Origin: Bacteroidaceae bacterium
GTDB lineage: Bacteria > Bacteroidota > Bacteroidia > Bacteroidales > Bacteroidaceae
Reading direction: 5' to 3'
NCBI GenBank assembly: GCA_017462065.1
Contig: JAFTRV010000067.1
Span: 3,237 to 67,236, forward strand
DNA length: 64,000 nt
The position numbers and the translations under genes are program-made. The notes under the pieces were generated by a model, which did no database searches, was not told the DNA's origin, and saw only the letters and a list, made by a program, of their open reading frames with translations. This document shows, one piece after another, positions 14,673-27,513 of the stretch (the stretch's first letter is position 1; each line of letters begins with the position of its first letter).

Positions 14673-15259
14673 TGTCGCATGCAATGAACGAAGAGAATAC
14701 CGCCCACGAGAAGAGCAGAGAGATAAAGAAAGAACTCCGTTTGGCTATGAACGGCGTCGTTTCCGCGCTCCAACGCAAACAGGGACTCAGCTACAAGATT
14801 AACTTCGGCGTTGAGATTCCCCGCTTGAAAGCGATTGCCGCCAAGTTCAGTAAAGACGAAGAACTTGCAAGGAGACTTTGGGAAGACGACATAAGAGAGT
14901 GCAAGATGCTTGCCATTATGCTCATGCCGCAAGAGGCCTACCCTACCGTTGCCGAGAAATGGATAAGCGAGGCTCCGTTCACCGAGATTGCCGACCACCT
15001 CGCAATGACAATCCTATGCAAGCTGCCCAATGCCGCAAAGAGAGCGACGGAATGGTTAGAGCGTGAAGAGGGGATGTTCAGATACTGCGGTTTCCTGACA
15101 TTGTCGAACCTGATGCGAAGCGGCACAAGGCTGACCGAGGAAGAAAAAGAGGCGTATTTGGGAATTGCCGAGAATATTGAAAGCCGTGACACGAGGAAGG
15201 CTGTAATACTGGCTGCACGCAACTCGCTGATACACTACAGCGAGAGCCTTGAGAGCTGA
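14669..15259 (+). CDS. DNA alkylation repair (AlkD-like HEAT repeat) family protein
   Basis: The pattern LARRLWEDDIRECKMLAIMLMP and the overall length resemble the pfam08713-type family. ATGATG overlap with the upstream gene. Confidence 0.55.
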   Translation: MMSHAMNEENTAHEKSREIKKELRLAMNGVVSALQRKQGLSYKINFGVEIPRLKAIAAKFSKDEELARRLWEDDIRECKMLAIMLMPQEAYPTVAEKWISEAPFTEIADHLAMTILCKLPNAAKRATEWLEREEGMFRYCGFLTLSNLMRSGTRLTEEEKEAYLGIAENIESRDTRKAVILAARNSLIHYSESLES

Positions 15260-15437
15260 GACTCCGCAATGCGCCATTGACGCACAACGAGGCTGTTTTA
15301 ACGAAAAGCCTTGTAAAACCGGTCCATAATGCCGGTTTTTGCTTTGTATGAACATTTTATAGAATTTTAAAGGTGTTTCTACATATATAATAAAGAAAAA
15401 GAGATAACTTTGTATAGTGAATTTTCTCCGGAGAGGA

Positions 15438-17182
<1,745 letters not shown>

Positions 17183-17194
17183 TTAGGAAATAAT

Positions 17195-17905
17195 ATGTTT
17201 TTGACAACAACATACGCTACAGTAGGTTATGACTATACATATCTGATAATATTCTTCGGAATAGCCATCATAAGCTACATAGTACAGGCAAACCTCAAGA
17301 GCAAGTTCGAGAGATTCTCGAAGATGCCCATTGGCCTGACAGGGCGTGACATCGCAATAAAGATGCTGCATGACAACGGCATATACGACGTGAGGGTAAT
17401 ATCGACTCGAGGCAAGCTTACCGACCACTACAACCCCGCCACAAAGACAGTAAACCTGAGCGACGGCGTATATAACTCGGCAAGCATCGCTGCCGCTGCC
17501 GTAGCCGCTCACGAGTGCGGCCACGCACTGCAGCACGCCAAAGCGTATGCGCCGCTGAGAATGAGGTCGGCGCTCGTTCCCGTCGTGCAGTTCTCTTCGG
17601 GCATAATGTCATGGGTGCTGCTCATAGGAATAATAACAGTACAGACCATGCCCCAGCTGCTGCTCGCAGGCATCATACTGTTCGCCACCACGACCCTGTT
17701 CAGCTTCATCACGCTTCCAGTAGAGATTGACGCCAGCAGACGAGCCCTTGCTTGGCTGCAGATTACAGGCATAACAAACTCGCAGAACCAGAGATTCGCT
17801 ACAAGCGCGCTGCGCTCAGCGGCATATACATATGTCGTAGCGGCACTGTCGTCATTGGCGACATTGCTGTACTACGTGATGATTTACCTAAACCGACGTG
17901 ACTAA
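17195..17905 (+). CDS. Membrane zinc metallopeptidase (YugP-like, Zn_peptidase_2)
   Basis: HECGHALQH zinc motif flanked by transmembrane segments. Confidence 0.75.
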   Translation: MFLTTTYATVGYDYTYLIIFFGIAIISYIVQANLKSKFERFSKMPIGLTGRDIAIKMLHDNGIYDVRVISTRGKLTDHYNPATKTVNLSDGVYNSASIAAAAVAAHECGHALQHAKAYAPLRMRSALVPVVQFSSGIMSWVLLIGIITVQTMPQLLLAGIILFATTTLFSFITLPVEIDASRRALAWLQITGITNSQNQRFATSALRSAAYTYVVAALSSLATLLYYVMIYLNRRD

Positions 17906-17913
17906 TTAAGAAA

Positions 17914-19275
17914 ATGGCGACAAAACCAGCAATACCAAAGGGAACAAGAGACTTTTCACCAGTTGAAATGTCCAAAAGAAATTATATCTTCGACACCATA
18001 CGTGAGGCATTCCGCCTGTTCGGCTTCAAGCAGATTGAGACGCCGGCGATGGAGAACCTTTCGACGCTCATGGGCAAGTATGGAGAAGAGGGTGACAAGC
18101 TGCTGTTCAAGATACAGAACTCGGGCGATTACTTCAGCGGGCTTACCGACGAGGAGCTGCTGAGCCGCAATGCGGCCAAGCTGGCGTCGAAATTCTGCGA
18201 GAAAGGCCTCAGATACGACCTTACCGTGCCATTCGCAAGATACGTGGTAATGCACAGAGAAGAGATAGTGTTCCCCTTTAAGAGATACCAGATTCAGCCC
18301 GTATGGCGTGCCGACAGACCGCAGAAGGGCCGTTACCGTGAGTTCTACCAGTGCGACGCTGACATCATCGGCAACAACTCGCTCATGAACGAGGTTGAGC
18401 TTATACAGCTTATCGACCATGTCTTCGGCAAGCTCAATATAAGAGTAGCCATAAAGCTAAACAACCGCAAGGTGCTTGCAGGAATCGCCGAAGTCATTGG
18501 CGAGCCCGAGAAGATTATCGACATAACAATTGCCATAGACAAGATTGAGAAGATTGGGCTCGACGGCGTTATCGCAGAGCTTAAGGAGAAGGGCATCGGA
18601 GAAGAGGCGATAGAGAAGTTGCTGCCGATACTTCAGGCACAGGGTGACAACGACAGCAAGCTGCAGACGCTTGCCGAGACATTGAAAGGCAACGCTACGG
18701 GCGAGAAGGGCGTAGAGGAGCTGCGTTTCATTCTCGATGCAATAAAGGAGCTGAAGATAAACAGCACGCTCGACCTTGACCTCACCCTTGCAAGAGGCCT
18801 CAACTACTACACCGGCGCAATACTTGAGGTTAAGGCGCTCGATGTAGCCATAGGCAGCATCACCGGCGGCGGACGCTACGACAACCTCACCGGCGTGTTT
18901 GGCATGGAAGGCGTTTCGGGCGTAGGCATATCGTTCGGCGCAGACCGCATATATGACGTTATGAACCAACTCGACCTCTACCCGAAAGACTCAATACAGA
19001 CCACAAAGGTGATGTTCGTGAACTTCGGCGAGAGAGAGGCCATGCACTCATTGGCAATCATCGACAAGCTGCGCAAGGCAGGCATCTCATCGGAGCTGTT
19101 CCCGAGCAGCGACAAGATGACGAAGCAGATGGGATACGCCAACAGTCACAGCATCCCGTTCGTCGCAATCATCGGCGAGCAGGAGATGAACGACGGCACC
19201 GTAGCCCTGAAGAACATGGCAACAGGAGAGCAGAAGAGCGTCACGGCAGAAGAGCTGAAAACCATTCTGTTGTAA
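17914..19275 (+). CDS. hisS: Histidine--tRNA ligase
   Basis: Class II aaRS motifs: [38 protein letters not shown]. Confidence 0.95.
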   Translation: MATKPAIPKGTRDFSPVEMSKRNYIFDTIREAFRLFGFKQIETPAMENLSTLMGKYGEEGDKLLFKIQNSGDYFSGLTDEELLSRNAAKLASKFCEKGLRYDLTVPFARYVVMHREEIVFPFKRYQIQPVWRADRPQKGRYREFYQCDADIIGNNSLMNEVELIQLIDHVFGKLNIRVAIKLNNRKVLAGIAEVIGEPEKIIDITIAIDKIEKIGLDGVIAELKEKGIGEEAIEKLLPILQAQGDNDSKLQTLAETLKGNATGEKGVEELRFILDAIKELKINSTLDLDLTLARGLNYYTGAILEVKALDVAIGSITGGGRYDNLTGVFGMEGVSGVGISFGADRIYDVMNQLDLYPKDSIQTTKVMFVNFGEREAMHSLAIIDKLRKAGISSELFPSSDKMTKQMGYANSHSIPFVAIIGEQEMNDGTVALKNMATGEQKSVTAEELKTILL

Positions 19276-19292
19276 GAGGCGTTATACAATAA

Positions 19293-19330
19293 ACGACATG
19301 AGGGTGGCCCAAAAGTCACCCTCATGTCGT
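19293..19330 (+). terminator. 14-bp-stem hairpin after hisS
   Basis: ACGACATGAGGGTG ... CACCCTCATGTCGT. There is no clear U-tract. Confidence 0.5.
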
Positions 19331-19591
19331 AATATGGCATGTATTGTGAAAAATTGTTATTTGGACGAGATAAAATAAATAGAATTTATTTTGTTCTCAT
19401 AGCTGTTTGAGCTAACTTTGCGTAGAACAATCAATGCGGAGGCGGAAAACAGCCATTGAGAGCGGCAAGCACATGCTACCTCTCGTAGCCGGAACTGTTT
19501 CTGCGAAGTATGCCTGCGTGATAACACTCCACAGACAGAAATTGAGAGATAACGACAAATTCTGACAATTCACAAATTAAAAAGATACACT

Positions 19592-20602
19592 ATGGATGTT
19601 ATTAAAAGTTTAATTGAGAGAGCGCAGCAGAACAAGCAGCGCATCGTACTCCCCGAAGGTACAGAGGAGCGTACTCTAAAGGCTGCTGACAAGGCTATCG
19701 CTGACGGCATTGCCGAGTTGGTAATCATTGGCAACAGAGCAGAAGTTCTTGCTCTTGCCGAGAAGAACGGCCTTGCCAACATTGAAAAGGCCACTATCAT
19801 CGACCCGGAGAACAACCCCGACGCCGAGAAGTATGCGACACTCCTTTTTGAACTGCGCAAGGCTAAGGGCATGACAATGGAGGACGCCGAGAAACTGGTA
19901 CGCAACCCGCTTTACCTCGGTTGCCTTATCATAAAGAACGGCGATGCTGACGGCCAGGTAGCAGGAGCGCTCAACACTACAGGAAACGTATTGCGTCCCG
20001 CATTGCAGATTATCAAGACCACACCGGGCATCACATGCGTGAGCGGCGCCATGATGCTTATCACCAACGCTAAGGAGTATGGCGAGGAGGGCGTTCTCTT
20101 CGTTGCCGACGTTGCCGTTACACCGCAGCCCGACGCCAACCAGTTGTCACAGATTGCAGTATGCACCGCACAGACAGCAAAGGCTATCGGCGGCTTTGAG
20201 GAGCCGAGAGTAGCCATGCTGAGCTTCTCTACAAAGGGCTCGGCAAAGCACGAGATGGTAGACAAGGTTACGGAGGCTACACGTCTTGCTCATGAGCTTG
20301 ACCCGGAACTGTCGCTCGACGGCGAGCTTCAGGCCGACGCCGCTCTTGTTCCGTTCGTTGGGCAGAGCAAGGCTCCCGGCTCAACAGTGGCAGGCAAGGC
20401 CAACGTGCTTGTATTCCCCGACCTCGGCGCAGGAAACATCGGCTACAAGCTGGTACAGCGTCTTGGCAACGCCGAGGCTATCGGCCCTGTACTCCAGGGT
20501 ATCGCACGCCCGGTAAACGACCTTTCACGCGGCTGTTCTGTAGAGGACGTATACATGATGATAGCTATCACAGCCAACCAGGCAATAGCTGCAAAGAAGT
20601 AA
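19592..20602 (+). CDS. pta: Phosphate acetyltransferase
   Basis: Typical Pta sequence (RIVLPEGTEERTLKAA; SRGCSVEDV) immediately upstream of ackA. Confidence 0.9.
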   Translation: MDVIKSLIERAQQNKQRIVLPEGTEERTLKAADKAIADGIAELVIIGNRAEVLALAEKNGLANIEKATIIDPENNPDAEKYATLLFELRKAKGMTMEDAEKLVRNPLYLGCLIIKNGDADGQVAGALNTTGNVLRPALQIIKTTPGITCVSGAMMLITNAKEYGEEGVLFVADVAVTPQPDANQLSQIAVCTAQTAKAIGGFEEPRVAMLSFSTKGSAKHEMVDKVTEATRLAHELDPELSLDGELQADAALVPFVGQSKAPGSTVAGKANVLVFPDLGAGNIGYKLVQRLGNAEAIGPVLQGIARPVNDLSRGCSVEDVYMMIAITANQAIAAKK

Positions 20603-20642
20603 CACTATTCAACCGACTAACAATTAAACACCGATACACGAT

Positions 20643-21848
20643 ATGAAAATATTAGTATTGAACTGCGGAAGTTCATCAATCAAGTATCAGCTCATTGACA
20701 TTGAGACAAAGAACGTGCTTGCAAAGGGCGGCATTGAGAAGATTGGCCTCGAAGGCTCATTCCTCAAGTTCAACTTGCCTAACGGCGAGAAGGAGACTAT
20801 CTTCACGGCTATCCCCGAGCACACCATCGGCGTACGCCTCATTTTTGACGTGCTTACAAGCGAGAAGTACGGCGCTGTAAAGTCTATCGAGGAGATTGAC
20901 GCTGTAGGCCACCGCATGGTACACGGCGGCGAGAAGTTCAGCCAGTCTACCCTGCTTACCGACGAGGTGCTCAAGGTGTTCGAGGAGTGCAACGACCTTG
21001 CTCCACTCCACAACCCTGCGAACCTCAAGGGTGTCAATGCCGTTAAGGAGGTAGCTCCCGAGATGCCGCAGGTGGGCGTATTCGACACATCGTTCCACCA
21101 GACAATGCCCGATTACGCATACATGTACGCTCTACCCTATGAGCTCTACGAGAAGTACGGCGTTCGCCGCTACGGCTTCCACGGAACATCGCACCGCTAC
21201 ATCACCAAGCGCGCCCTTGAGATGCTGAACATGCCGGCAGAAGGCAGCAAGATTATCACTTGCCACATCGGCAACGGCGGCTCGCTCGCAGCTGTAAAGG
21301 ACGGCAAGAGCGTTGATACCTCTATGGGCATGACCCCGCTTGCAGGCCTTATGATGGGTACACGCAGCGGCGACGTAGACCCGGGCGCATTGCCATATAT
21401 CATGGATAAGACTGGACTTGACATTCATGGCCTTTCCGACATGCTCAACAAGAAGTCGGGCGTTACAGGCATTTCAGGCGTGTCATCGGACATGCGTGAG
21501 GTGAACGCAGCGGCACACGACGGAAACAAGCGCGCACAGCTCTCTAACACGATGTATTTCTATCGCATAAAGAAATATATCGGCGCATATGCGGCAGCTA
21601 TGGGCGGCGTGGACGTCATCATCTTCGCAGGCGGTGTAGGCGAGAACCAGGCAGACTGCCGTGAGGCTGTTCTCGAGGGCCTTGAGTTCATAGGCGTTGA
21701 ACTCGACAAGGAGGTGAACAACAAGACACGCAGCGAAGAGGCTATCCTTTCAACGCCAAACTCACGTGTCAAGGTGCTGCTCATACCTACCGACGAGGAG
21801 CTTATGATCGCAAGCGACACATACGACATCATCAAAGGCATGAAATAA
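20643..21848 (+). CDS. ackA: Acetate kinase
   Basis: MKILVLNCGSSSIKYQL, HRMVHGG, GFHGTSH. Confidence 0.95.
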   Translation: MKILVLNCGSSSIKYQLIDIETKNVLAKGGIEKIGLEGSFLKFNLPNGEKETIFTAIPEHTIGVRLIFDVLTSEKYGAVKSIEEIDAVGHRMVHGGEKFSQSTLLTDEVLKVFEECNDLAPLHNPANLKGVNAVKEVAPEMPQVGVFDTSFHQTMPDYAYMYALPYELYEKYGVRRYGFHGTSHRYITKRALEMLNMPAEGSKIITCHIGNGGSLAAVKDGKSVDTSMGMTPLAGLMMGTRSGDVDPGALPYIMDKTGLDIHGLSDMLNKKSGVTGISGVSSDMREVNAAAHDGNKRAQLSNTMYFYRIKKYIGAYAAAMGGVDVIIFAGGVGENQADCREAVLEGLEFIGVELDKEVNNKTRSEEAILSTPNSRVKVLLIPTDEELMIASDTYDIIKGMK

Positions 21849-21865
21849 TATTTAAATAGGTATAT

Positions 21866-21904
21866 AAATCATCAGAGCCGGGCATTGCCCGGCTCTGATG
21901 ATTT
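21866..21904. terminator. 17-bp-stem bidirectional terminator
   Basis: AAATCATCAGAGCCGGG ... CCCGGCTCTGATGATTT between convergent genes. Confidence 0.7.
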
Positions 21905-21919
21905 ATATATGCAAGTCGT

Positions 21920-22753
21920 TTATTCCGCTACGTTCAACGTATCCTGCTGCGAATACTTGCGGCTTTTCATAAGGAAGTCGAGCGAGCGCTGCGCCTCGTC
22001 ACGCAGGGAGCGTGCCTGCTCCAAAGACTTAAGCAGGTTCGAGAGTTCCACAACACGGGCTATTGCCGATGCGTCCTCTGCACGCAGCTGATAGCTGTAG
22101 TTGCCGTTGTCGCCGAAGAGCTCGACATTTACAGGCAACGCAGAAGAGGCGATATAGTCCATTATACCGCCGTCGCTGCCGTACAGGTAATCACGGCGTT
22201 CGTTGTAGACGCCGAGATAGCGGTACGACCTTGAAGAGAAAGGCTCAGGAGACTCCGCAAAGCTGTCGCCGGCAGATACCTTTATCCTCTTGTGCGATAT
22301 CTTCGCCCCACGATAGAACGAGGTGAGACAGGCTTCTCCGTTCTCCTTCACGCTCGCACGCAGGAAGCTGTTGAACGGATTAAGTGATATCGACTGCGAG
22401 GGAAGCGTGTAATAGCCCATGTCCTGATATTGCGCATCCTTGTTAAATACAAAACCGGCCGTGACGGAGTCACGCTTTGCCTCGAGTTCCTCACATAGAG
22501 CGGCAAAGTACTCAACGTCACGCTGTTTCTCCTTCAGCAGCACCTCGCGGCGCAGAAGCTCTGCGTCGCGCCGTGCGCGGTACGCCTTAGGATATGTCAC
22601 CGAGAGGCTGTCTATAAGCACTCTCGCATCGTTATATTCGCCCGCCGCATAAAGTTCCTCGGCCTGTACGAAGAGGAGACGTGCCGACTCCTCGATAGAC
22701 TTCTCGCATGAAAGCACCGCCAAAGGCAGCAAAAGGTATGCAATTCTCTTCAT
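21920..22753 (-). CDS. Hypothetical lipoprotein
   Basis: MKRIAYLLLPLAVLSC lipobox. I recognise no family. ATG at 22753 is preferred. Confidence 0.6.
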   Translation of the reverse strand: MKRIAYLLLPLAVLSCEKSIEESARLLFVQAEELYAAGEYNDARVLIDSLSVTYPKAYRARRDAELLRREVLLKEKQRDVEYFAALCEELEAKRDSVTAGFVFNKDAQYQDMGYYTLPSQSISLNPFNSFLRASVKENGEACLTSFYRGAKISHKRIKVSAGDSFAESPEPFSSRSYRYLGVYNERRDYLYGSDGGIMDYIASSALPVNVELFGDNGNYSYQLRAEDASAIARVVELSNLLKSLEQARSLRDEAQRSLDFLMKSRKYSQQDTLNVAE

Positions 22754-22923
22754 TGTGTATAAATTTCGCTCTACACAAAAATACATCATTTATCGTTACC
22801 CGCAAAAAAGAGCCCCCATTTTTGCTTCTGCGGCACCGAATGAATAGTTTTTAACAGCTGTCGTTTCGTTAATAACACGAAAATGAGTATCTTTACAGCA
22901 ATTTGAGACAATAGAGCCGCATT

Positions 22924-24363
22924 ATGTATAAGCCCAATAGAGAAGAACTCTGCAAAATTCTTGACACGCCCATCTTCCGCAAGATTACGGAGACGGCCGA
23001 CGAGCTTGGCATGGAGTGCTATGTCGTTGGCGGGTATGTCCGTGACATTTTCCTGGAACGTCCCTCTACCGACATTGACGTCGTTGTAGTAGGCAAGGGG
23101 ATTGACATGGCAAGGGCTTTCAGCAAGAAGCTCGGGAGGGGCGCCCACCTGTCGGTATACGCCAATTACGGAACTGCTCAGGTGAAGTTCCATGAGCATG
23201 AGATTGAGTTCGTCGGGGCGCGCAAGGAGAGCTACAACCGTAATTCACGCAACCCTATCGTTGAGGACGGCACGCTCGAGGATGACCAGAACAGGCGCGA
23301 CTTCACAATAAACGCAATGGCGATATGCCTCAACAGCGACCGTTTCGGAGAGCTTGTAGACCCATTCGACGGCATGCTCGACCTTGAGGACCGCATCATA
23401 AGCACTCCGCTTGAGCCGGGCATCACGTTCAGCGACGACCCATTGAGAATGATGCGATGCGTACGCTTCGCCACACAGCTGAACTTTCATATCGAAGAGG
23501 AGACATTTGAGGCTCTTTGCGAGAACAAGGAAAGGATAAGGATAATATCAAGGGAGAGAATCAACGAGGAGCTGAACAAGATTATACTTTCGCCGATACC
23601 CTCCAAAGGCTTTATAGAGCTTGACCGCTGCGGCCTGCTTGAGATAATATTCCCTCAGCTCACGGCGATGCAGGGCGTAGAGACCCGTAACGGCTACAGT
23701 CACAAAGAGATGTTCTATCACACCCTTGAGGTGCTTGACAACATTGCCAGGAAAACCGATAGCCTGTGGCTCAGGTGGGCGGCACTGCTTCACGACATCG
23801 GCAAGCCAAAGACAAAACGCTGGGACCCCGTGATGAAATGGACATTCTACAACCACAACATCGTCGGCGAGAAGATGGTAAACAAGCTGTTCCGTGACTA
23901 CAAGATGCCTCAGAACGAGAAGATGAGGTATGTAGCCAAGCTCGTGTCGCTGCACATGCGTCCGATAGCCATTGCCGACGACGAGGTCACCGACTCTGCG
24001 GTAAGGCGCCTGCTGTTCGACGCCGGGGACGACATAGACGACCTGATGATACTTTGCGAGGCCGACATAACATCCAAGAACGAGGTACGCAAGAAACAGT
24101 TCCTGAACAACTTCCAGATAGTAAGGCAAAAGCTCAAGGACATTGAGGAGAAAGACCGCATACGCAATTTCCAGCCGCCCGTGAACGGCGAGGAGATTAT
24201 GAAAATCTTTGACCTGCAGCCCTGCGAAGCTGTCGGGCGTCTCAAGAGCGCTGTCAAGGACGCTATCCTCGACGGCGTGATACCCAACGAATACAACGCC
24301 GCGCTTGAGCATATAATGAAGCTTGCGGGCGAAATGGGGCTGACACCGAAAAACAATAACTAA
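22924..24363 (+). CDS. CCA-adding enzyme / poly(A) polymerase-family tRNA nucleotidyltransferase with HD domain
   Basis: GGYVRD...DIDVVV nucleotidyltransferase motif, RRDFTINA, and HD (LLHDIGKP). Confidence 0.85.
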   Translation: MYKPNREELCKILDTPIFRKITETADELGMECYVVGGYVRDIFLERPSTDIDVVVVGKGIDMARAFSKKLGRGAHLSVYANYGTAQVKFHEHEIEFVGARKESYNRNSRNPIVEDGTLEDDQNRRDFTINAMAICLNSDRFGELVDPFDGMLDLEDRIISTPLEPGITFSDDPLRMMRCVRFATQLNFHIEEETFEALCENKERIRIISRERINEELNKIILSPIPSKGFIELDRCGLLEIIFPQLTAMQGVETRNGYSHKEMFYHTLEVLDNIARKTDSLWLRWAALLHDIGKPKTKRWDPVMKWTFYNHNIVGEKMVNKLFRDYKMPQNEKMRYVAKLVSLHMRPIAIADDEVTDSAVRRLLFDAGDDIDDLMILCEADITSKNEVRKKQFLNNFQIVRQKLKDIEEKDRIRNFQPPVNGEEIMKIFDLQPCEAVGRLKSAVKDAILDGVIPNEYNAALEHIMKLAGEMGLTPKNNN

Positions 24364-24443
24364 AACCATTAACGGCAGAATGAAATTGGCAATTAAGCAC
24401 TATTGCGACAGTTGCCGGAACAACCTATCTTTGCAATAAAAAA

Positions 24444-25688
24444 ATGAGAAGAATATTCCTTATAATAGCAACAGCCCTCACTCTCCCCGCTCTTGCGCAG
24501 GAGATTTCGTACGGGCAGTACATGCAACGTGTCTTCAAGGATAACATAGCCCTCACCGCCAAACAGCTCGACATCGACATTGCCGACGCTACGGTAACCG
24601 GAGCCAAAGTGTTCAATGACCCCACCCTTGCGGTGACATACAGCAACAACGAGGACTGGAGCAAAGGGCTCGGGCAGGGCATAGAGGTGGAGCTCGGCAA
24701 GACATTCACGTTCGGCGTACGCCGTGGAAGGATAGACATAGCCGAGAAAGAGCGCATGCAGACAGTCGCTTTGCTCGAAGAGTATATCCGCAACTTCCGT
24801 GCCGACGCATCGATAGCGTACCTTCAGCACTTGCGTGCATGCATGATGCATGCCGAGGCGAAGGATATGTACCGAGGACTCAGCGAGGTAGCCGCTAACG
24901 ACAGCATGCGTTTCCAGCGTGGCGACATTGCAGAAAGCGACTGGCTTGAGAGCCGCATGGCGCAGGGCGTCGCAAGAAACGCCCTTCTTGACGCCGAAGC
25001 GCAGCTATGCAATACAGCAATACTCATGGGCTATTACATGGGCGACCTCAGCGGTGCCGACAAGCTCAGAGGAACAGACACTCTTGAGATAGACGAAGAG
25101 GCGATGCCGCTTGACAAATACATCGAGACGGCGCTCGCGCAACGTCCCGACATTATAGTAGCACTGAGCAGAGAGGAGATAGCAAAGGCCACAATGAAGT
25201 TCAACAAGGCGTTGCGTCGCCCTGAGCTGAACGTGAACATAGGCGCTACATACAACTTCGCCAACCCCGACTTTACCACAATAAAAGCAGGAGTAGCCAT
25301 TCCGTTGAAGTTCTCGAGCCTCAACAAAGGCTCACGCATCGCAGATGCTACAATAGTACGCCAGGCAGGGATAGAGGCCGACGAGGCACGCCTGCAGGTT
25401 GAGACAGAGGTCATGCAGGCCTACCAGAACTTCGGTTTCACATCGAAGCAGGCCGAGACTTTCTCAAAAGAGATGCTGAGCGACATGAGAAAAGTTGTCG
25501 AGGGCAAGAGAAGAGCCTACGAGCTTGGCGAGATACCTTTCCTTGATTATCTTATCGTAGAGCGCAACGAGAACGAGATGCGCAGGCAGTATGTCGATGC
25601 CCTTTTCAACAAAGCAGCCGCATGGGTAGAGCTGCAGCGCGCCACAGGCCTGGAGATGCAGTTCAGCACACAAGCCATTGCGGAGTAA
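24444..25688 (+). CDS. TolC-family outer membrane efflux protein
   Basis: Signal peptide and two OEP-type repeats. Confidence 0.75.
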   Translation: MRRIFLIIATALTLPALAQEISYGQYMQRVFKDNIALTAKQLDIDIADATVTGAKVFNDPTLAVTYSNNEDWSKGLGQGIEVELGKTFTFGVRRGRIDIAEKERMQTVALLEEYIRNFRADASIAYLQHLRACMMHAEAKDMYRGLSEVAANDSMRFQRGDIAESDWLESRMAQGVARNALLDAEAQLCNTAILMGYYMGDLSGADKLRGTDTLEIDEEAMPLDKYIETALAQRPDIIVALSREEIAKATMKFNKALRRPELNVNIGATYNFANPDFTTIKAGVAIPLKFSSLNKGSRIADATIVRQAGIEADEARLQVETEVMQAYQNFGFTSKQAETFSKEMLSDMRKVVEGKRRAYELGEIPFLDYLIVERNENEMRRQYVDALFNKAAAWVELQRATGLEMQFSTQAIAE

Positions 25689-25703
25689 CCCTACGCAAAA
25701 GAG

Positions 25704-26468
25704 TTACAGTTCCCGGCTCTCTCCCTCGATATAATATTTGTGTTCTATTGTCTTGGCGTCGATAGCCACATAGGCGAACGTGGATATCCAGTCGCCCAAG
25801 AAGATGAAGCGCGAGCCGCTGCCCAAAGGCATGTCCTTGTCGATATGACGGTGCCCGAAGACAAAGCAGTCCACCGATGAATGTGTCGCAAGATATCTCT
25901 TGGCGAAAATGATGCAATCCTCCTTCTCTTCGCCCTGGTACTGCACGTCACCCCTTACCTTATGCTTGAGCATGCTACGCCTTGCCCAGCTCAGTCCGAG
26001 CCACATGCTCCAACGAGGGTGAATCATTGCAAGCATGCGCTGCAACAAGCGGTTATGGAACATCGAACGCAATATGCGGAAGCCCTTTTCGGTAGAGAAC
26101 TCGTCGCCGTGGGCGAGAAAGAGCTCCTTGCCGTATATCTCGACGAGGCAAGGCTCACGATGCAGAATCATCCCGCACTCCTTTTCGAAATAGTCGTTGC
26201 ACCAGATGTCGTGGTTTCCCGTAAAGAAGTGCACCTCGACGCCTTTGTCCGTAAGCTCGGCAATCTTTCCCAGGAAACGTGTATATCCCTTAGGGACTAC
26301 ATACTTGAATTCGTACCAAAAGTCGAACATGTCACCAAGCATATATATAGCAGCCGCATCGTTCTTTATCTTGTCGAGGAACGATACAAGGCGGCGTTCA
26401 TGAGTACGGCTATGCTCTATGGCCCAAGAGCCGAGGTGCGCATCGGAAAGGATATATACCTTTTTCAT
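25704..26468 (-). CDS. lpxH: UDP-2,3-diacylglucosamine diphosphatase
   Basis: Metallophosphoesterase motifs: ILSDAHLG, GDMFDFW, GNHD, GHRH. Confidence 0.8.
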   Translation of the reverse strand: MKKVYILSDAHLGSWAIEHSRTHERRLVSFLDKIKNDAAAIYMLGDMFDFWYEFKYVVPKGYTRFLGKIAELTDKGVEVHFFTGNHDIWCNDYFEKECGMILHREPCLVEIYGKELFLAHGDEFSTEKGFRILRSMFHNRLLQRMLAMIHPRWSMWLGLSWARRSMLKHKVRGDVQYQGEEKEDCIIFAKRYLATHSSVDCFVFGHRHIDKDMPLGSGSRFIFLGDWISTFAYVAIDAKTIEHKYYIEGESREL

Positions 26469-26492
26469 AGTGGCATGTCTTGAATAAACGTT

Positions 26493-26810
26493 TTAAAGCA
26501 GACCGAGCTCGAGCTTGGCCTCTTCGGTCATGAGGTCGTAGTTCCATTCGGGCTCGAAGACAAGATTGAGCTTCACCTCTCCGACACCCTCTACCGATTC
26601 GACCTTCATGCGGACATCCTCCATCATGAAGTCGGCTGCCGGGCAGTTGGGTGCCGTAAGAGTCATGTCAATCTCTACCGAGCTGTCCTCTTTCACCTCA
26701 ATGCGGTATATAAGACCCAGATCATAGATGTTTACAGGTATTTCAGGGTCGTACACCGTCTTTATCATCTCAACTATCTTCTGTTCCAACTCAAGTTTTT
26801 CCATAATCAT
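26493..26810 (-). CDS. DUF59 / SufT-like Fe-S assembly family protein
   Basis: VYDPEIPVNIYDLGLIY ... TLTAPNCPA, typical of DUF59. Confidence 0.8.
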   Translation of the reverse strand: MIMEKLELEQKIVEMIKTVYDPEIPVNIYDLGLIYRIEVKEDSSVEIDMTLTAPNCPAADFMMEDVRMKVESVEGVGEVKLNLVFEPEWNYDLMTEEAKLELGLL

Positions 26811-26813
26811 TTT

Positions 26814-27512
26814 TTATAAGCGGCCCTCATCGTTGTAGCTGAAATAGTCGTCGGCAGCCACAATGATGTGGTCGAGGAACCTTATATTCATAACCTTGCA
26901 AGCGTCCTGAAGGTTTCTTGTCAGCGAGTCATCGTCCCTGCTCGGCTTTAAGCTGCCCGACGGGTGGTTGTGGCATAGAGCGATTGCCGTGGCACGTTTC
27001 ATTATGGCCTCACGCATGACAAGGCGTATGTCTACGGTGGTCGCCGTGAGACCGCCGCTTCCTATGAGCCTGTGGTCGATGACAGCATTCTGGTTATTGA
27101 GCAGCAGCACATAGCATTGCTCTACGTTCAGGTCGCACACTATCGGGTGGAAATAACGGAACAGCCCTGTCGAGGAGGTAATCTTAGGACGTTCCGCATT
27201 GTCGTCATTGGCACGACGCTTCCATAGCTCGCATGCGGCGACAATGGATATAGCCTTTGCCGGGCCTATTCCCCTGAACAGGCAGAGGTCGTCCACCGTA
27301 AGGCGTGCCAGGTTGGCGATACTGTCGTTGCACGAAGAGAGTACCGTACGCATCATCTCCACAGCAGAGACGTCAGGAGCCCCAGAGCCTACGATAATGG
27401 CCAGCAGCTCCGAGTTGCTGAGAGAGGCTATGCCGTTCTTCATGGCCTTTTCACGAGGACGCTCGTCCGTAGGCCACTCCTTTATGCTGCGTCTTGTACC
27501 CTCCTGTTGCAT
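26814..27512 (-). CDS. radC: RadC-family JAB-domain protein
   Basis: HNHPSG JAMM motif plus an N-terminal HhH region (LLAIIVGSG). Confidence 0.85.
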   Translation of the reverse strand: MQQEGTRRSIKEWPTDERPREKAMKNGIASLSNSELLAIIVGSGAPDVSAVEMMRTVLSSCNDSIANLARLTVDDLCLFRGIGPAKAISIVAACELWKRRANDDNAERPKITSSTGLFRYFHPIVCDLNVEQCYVLLLNNQNAVIDHRLIGSGGLTATTVDIRLVMREAIMKRATAIALCHNHPSGSLKPSRDDDSLTRNLQDACKVMNIRFLDHIIVAADDYFSYNDEGRL

Positions 27513-27513
27513 A

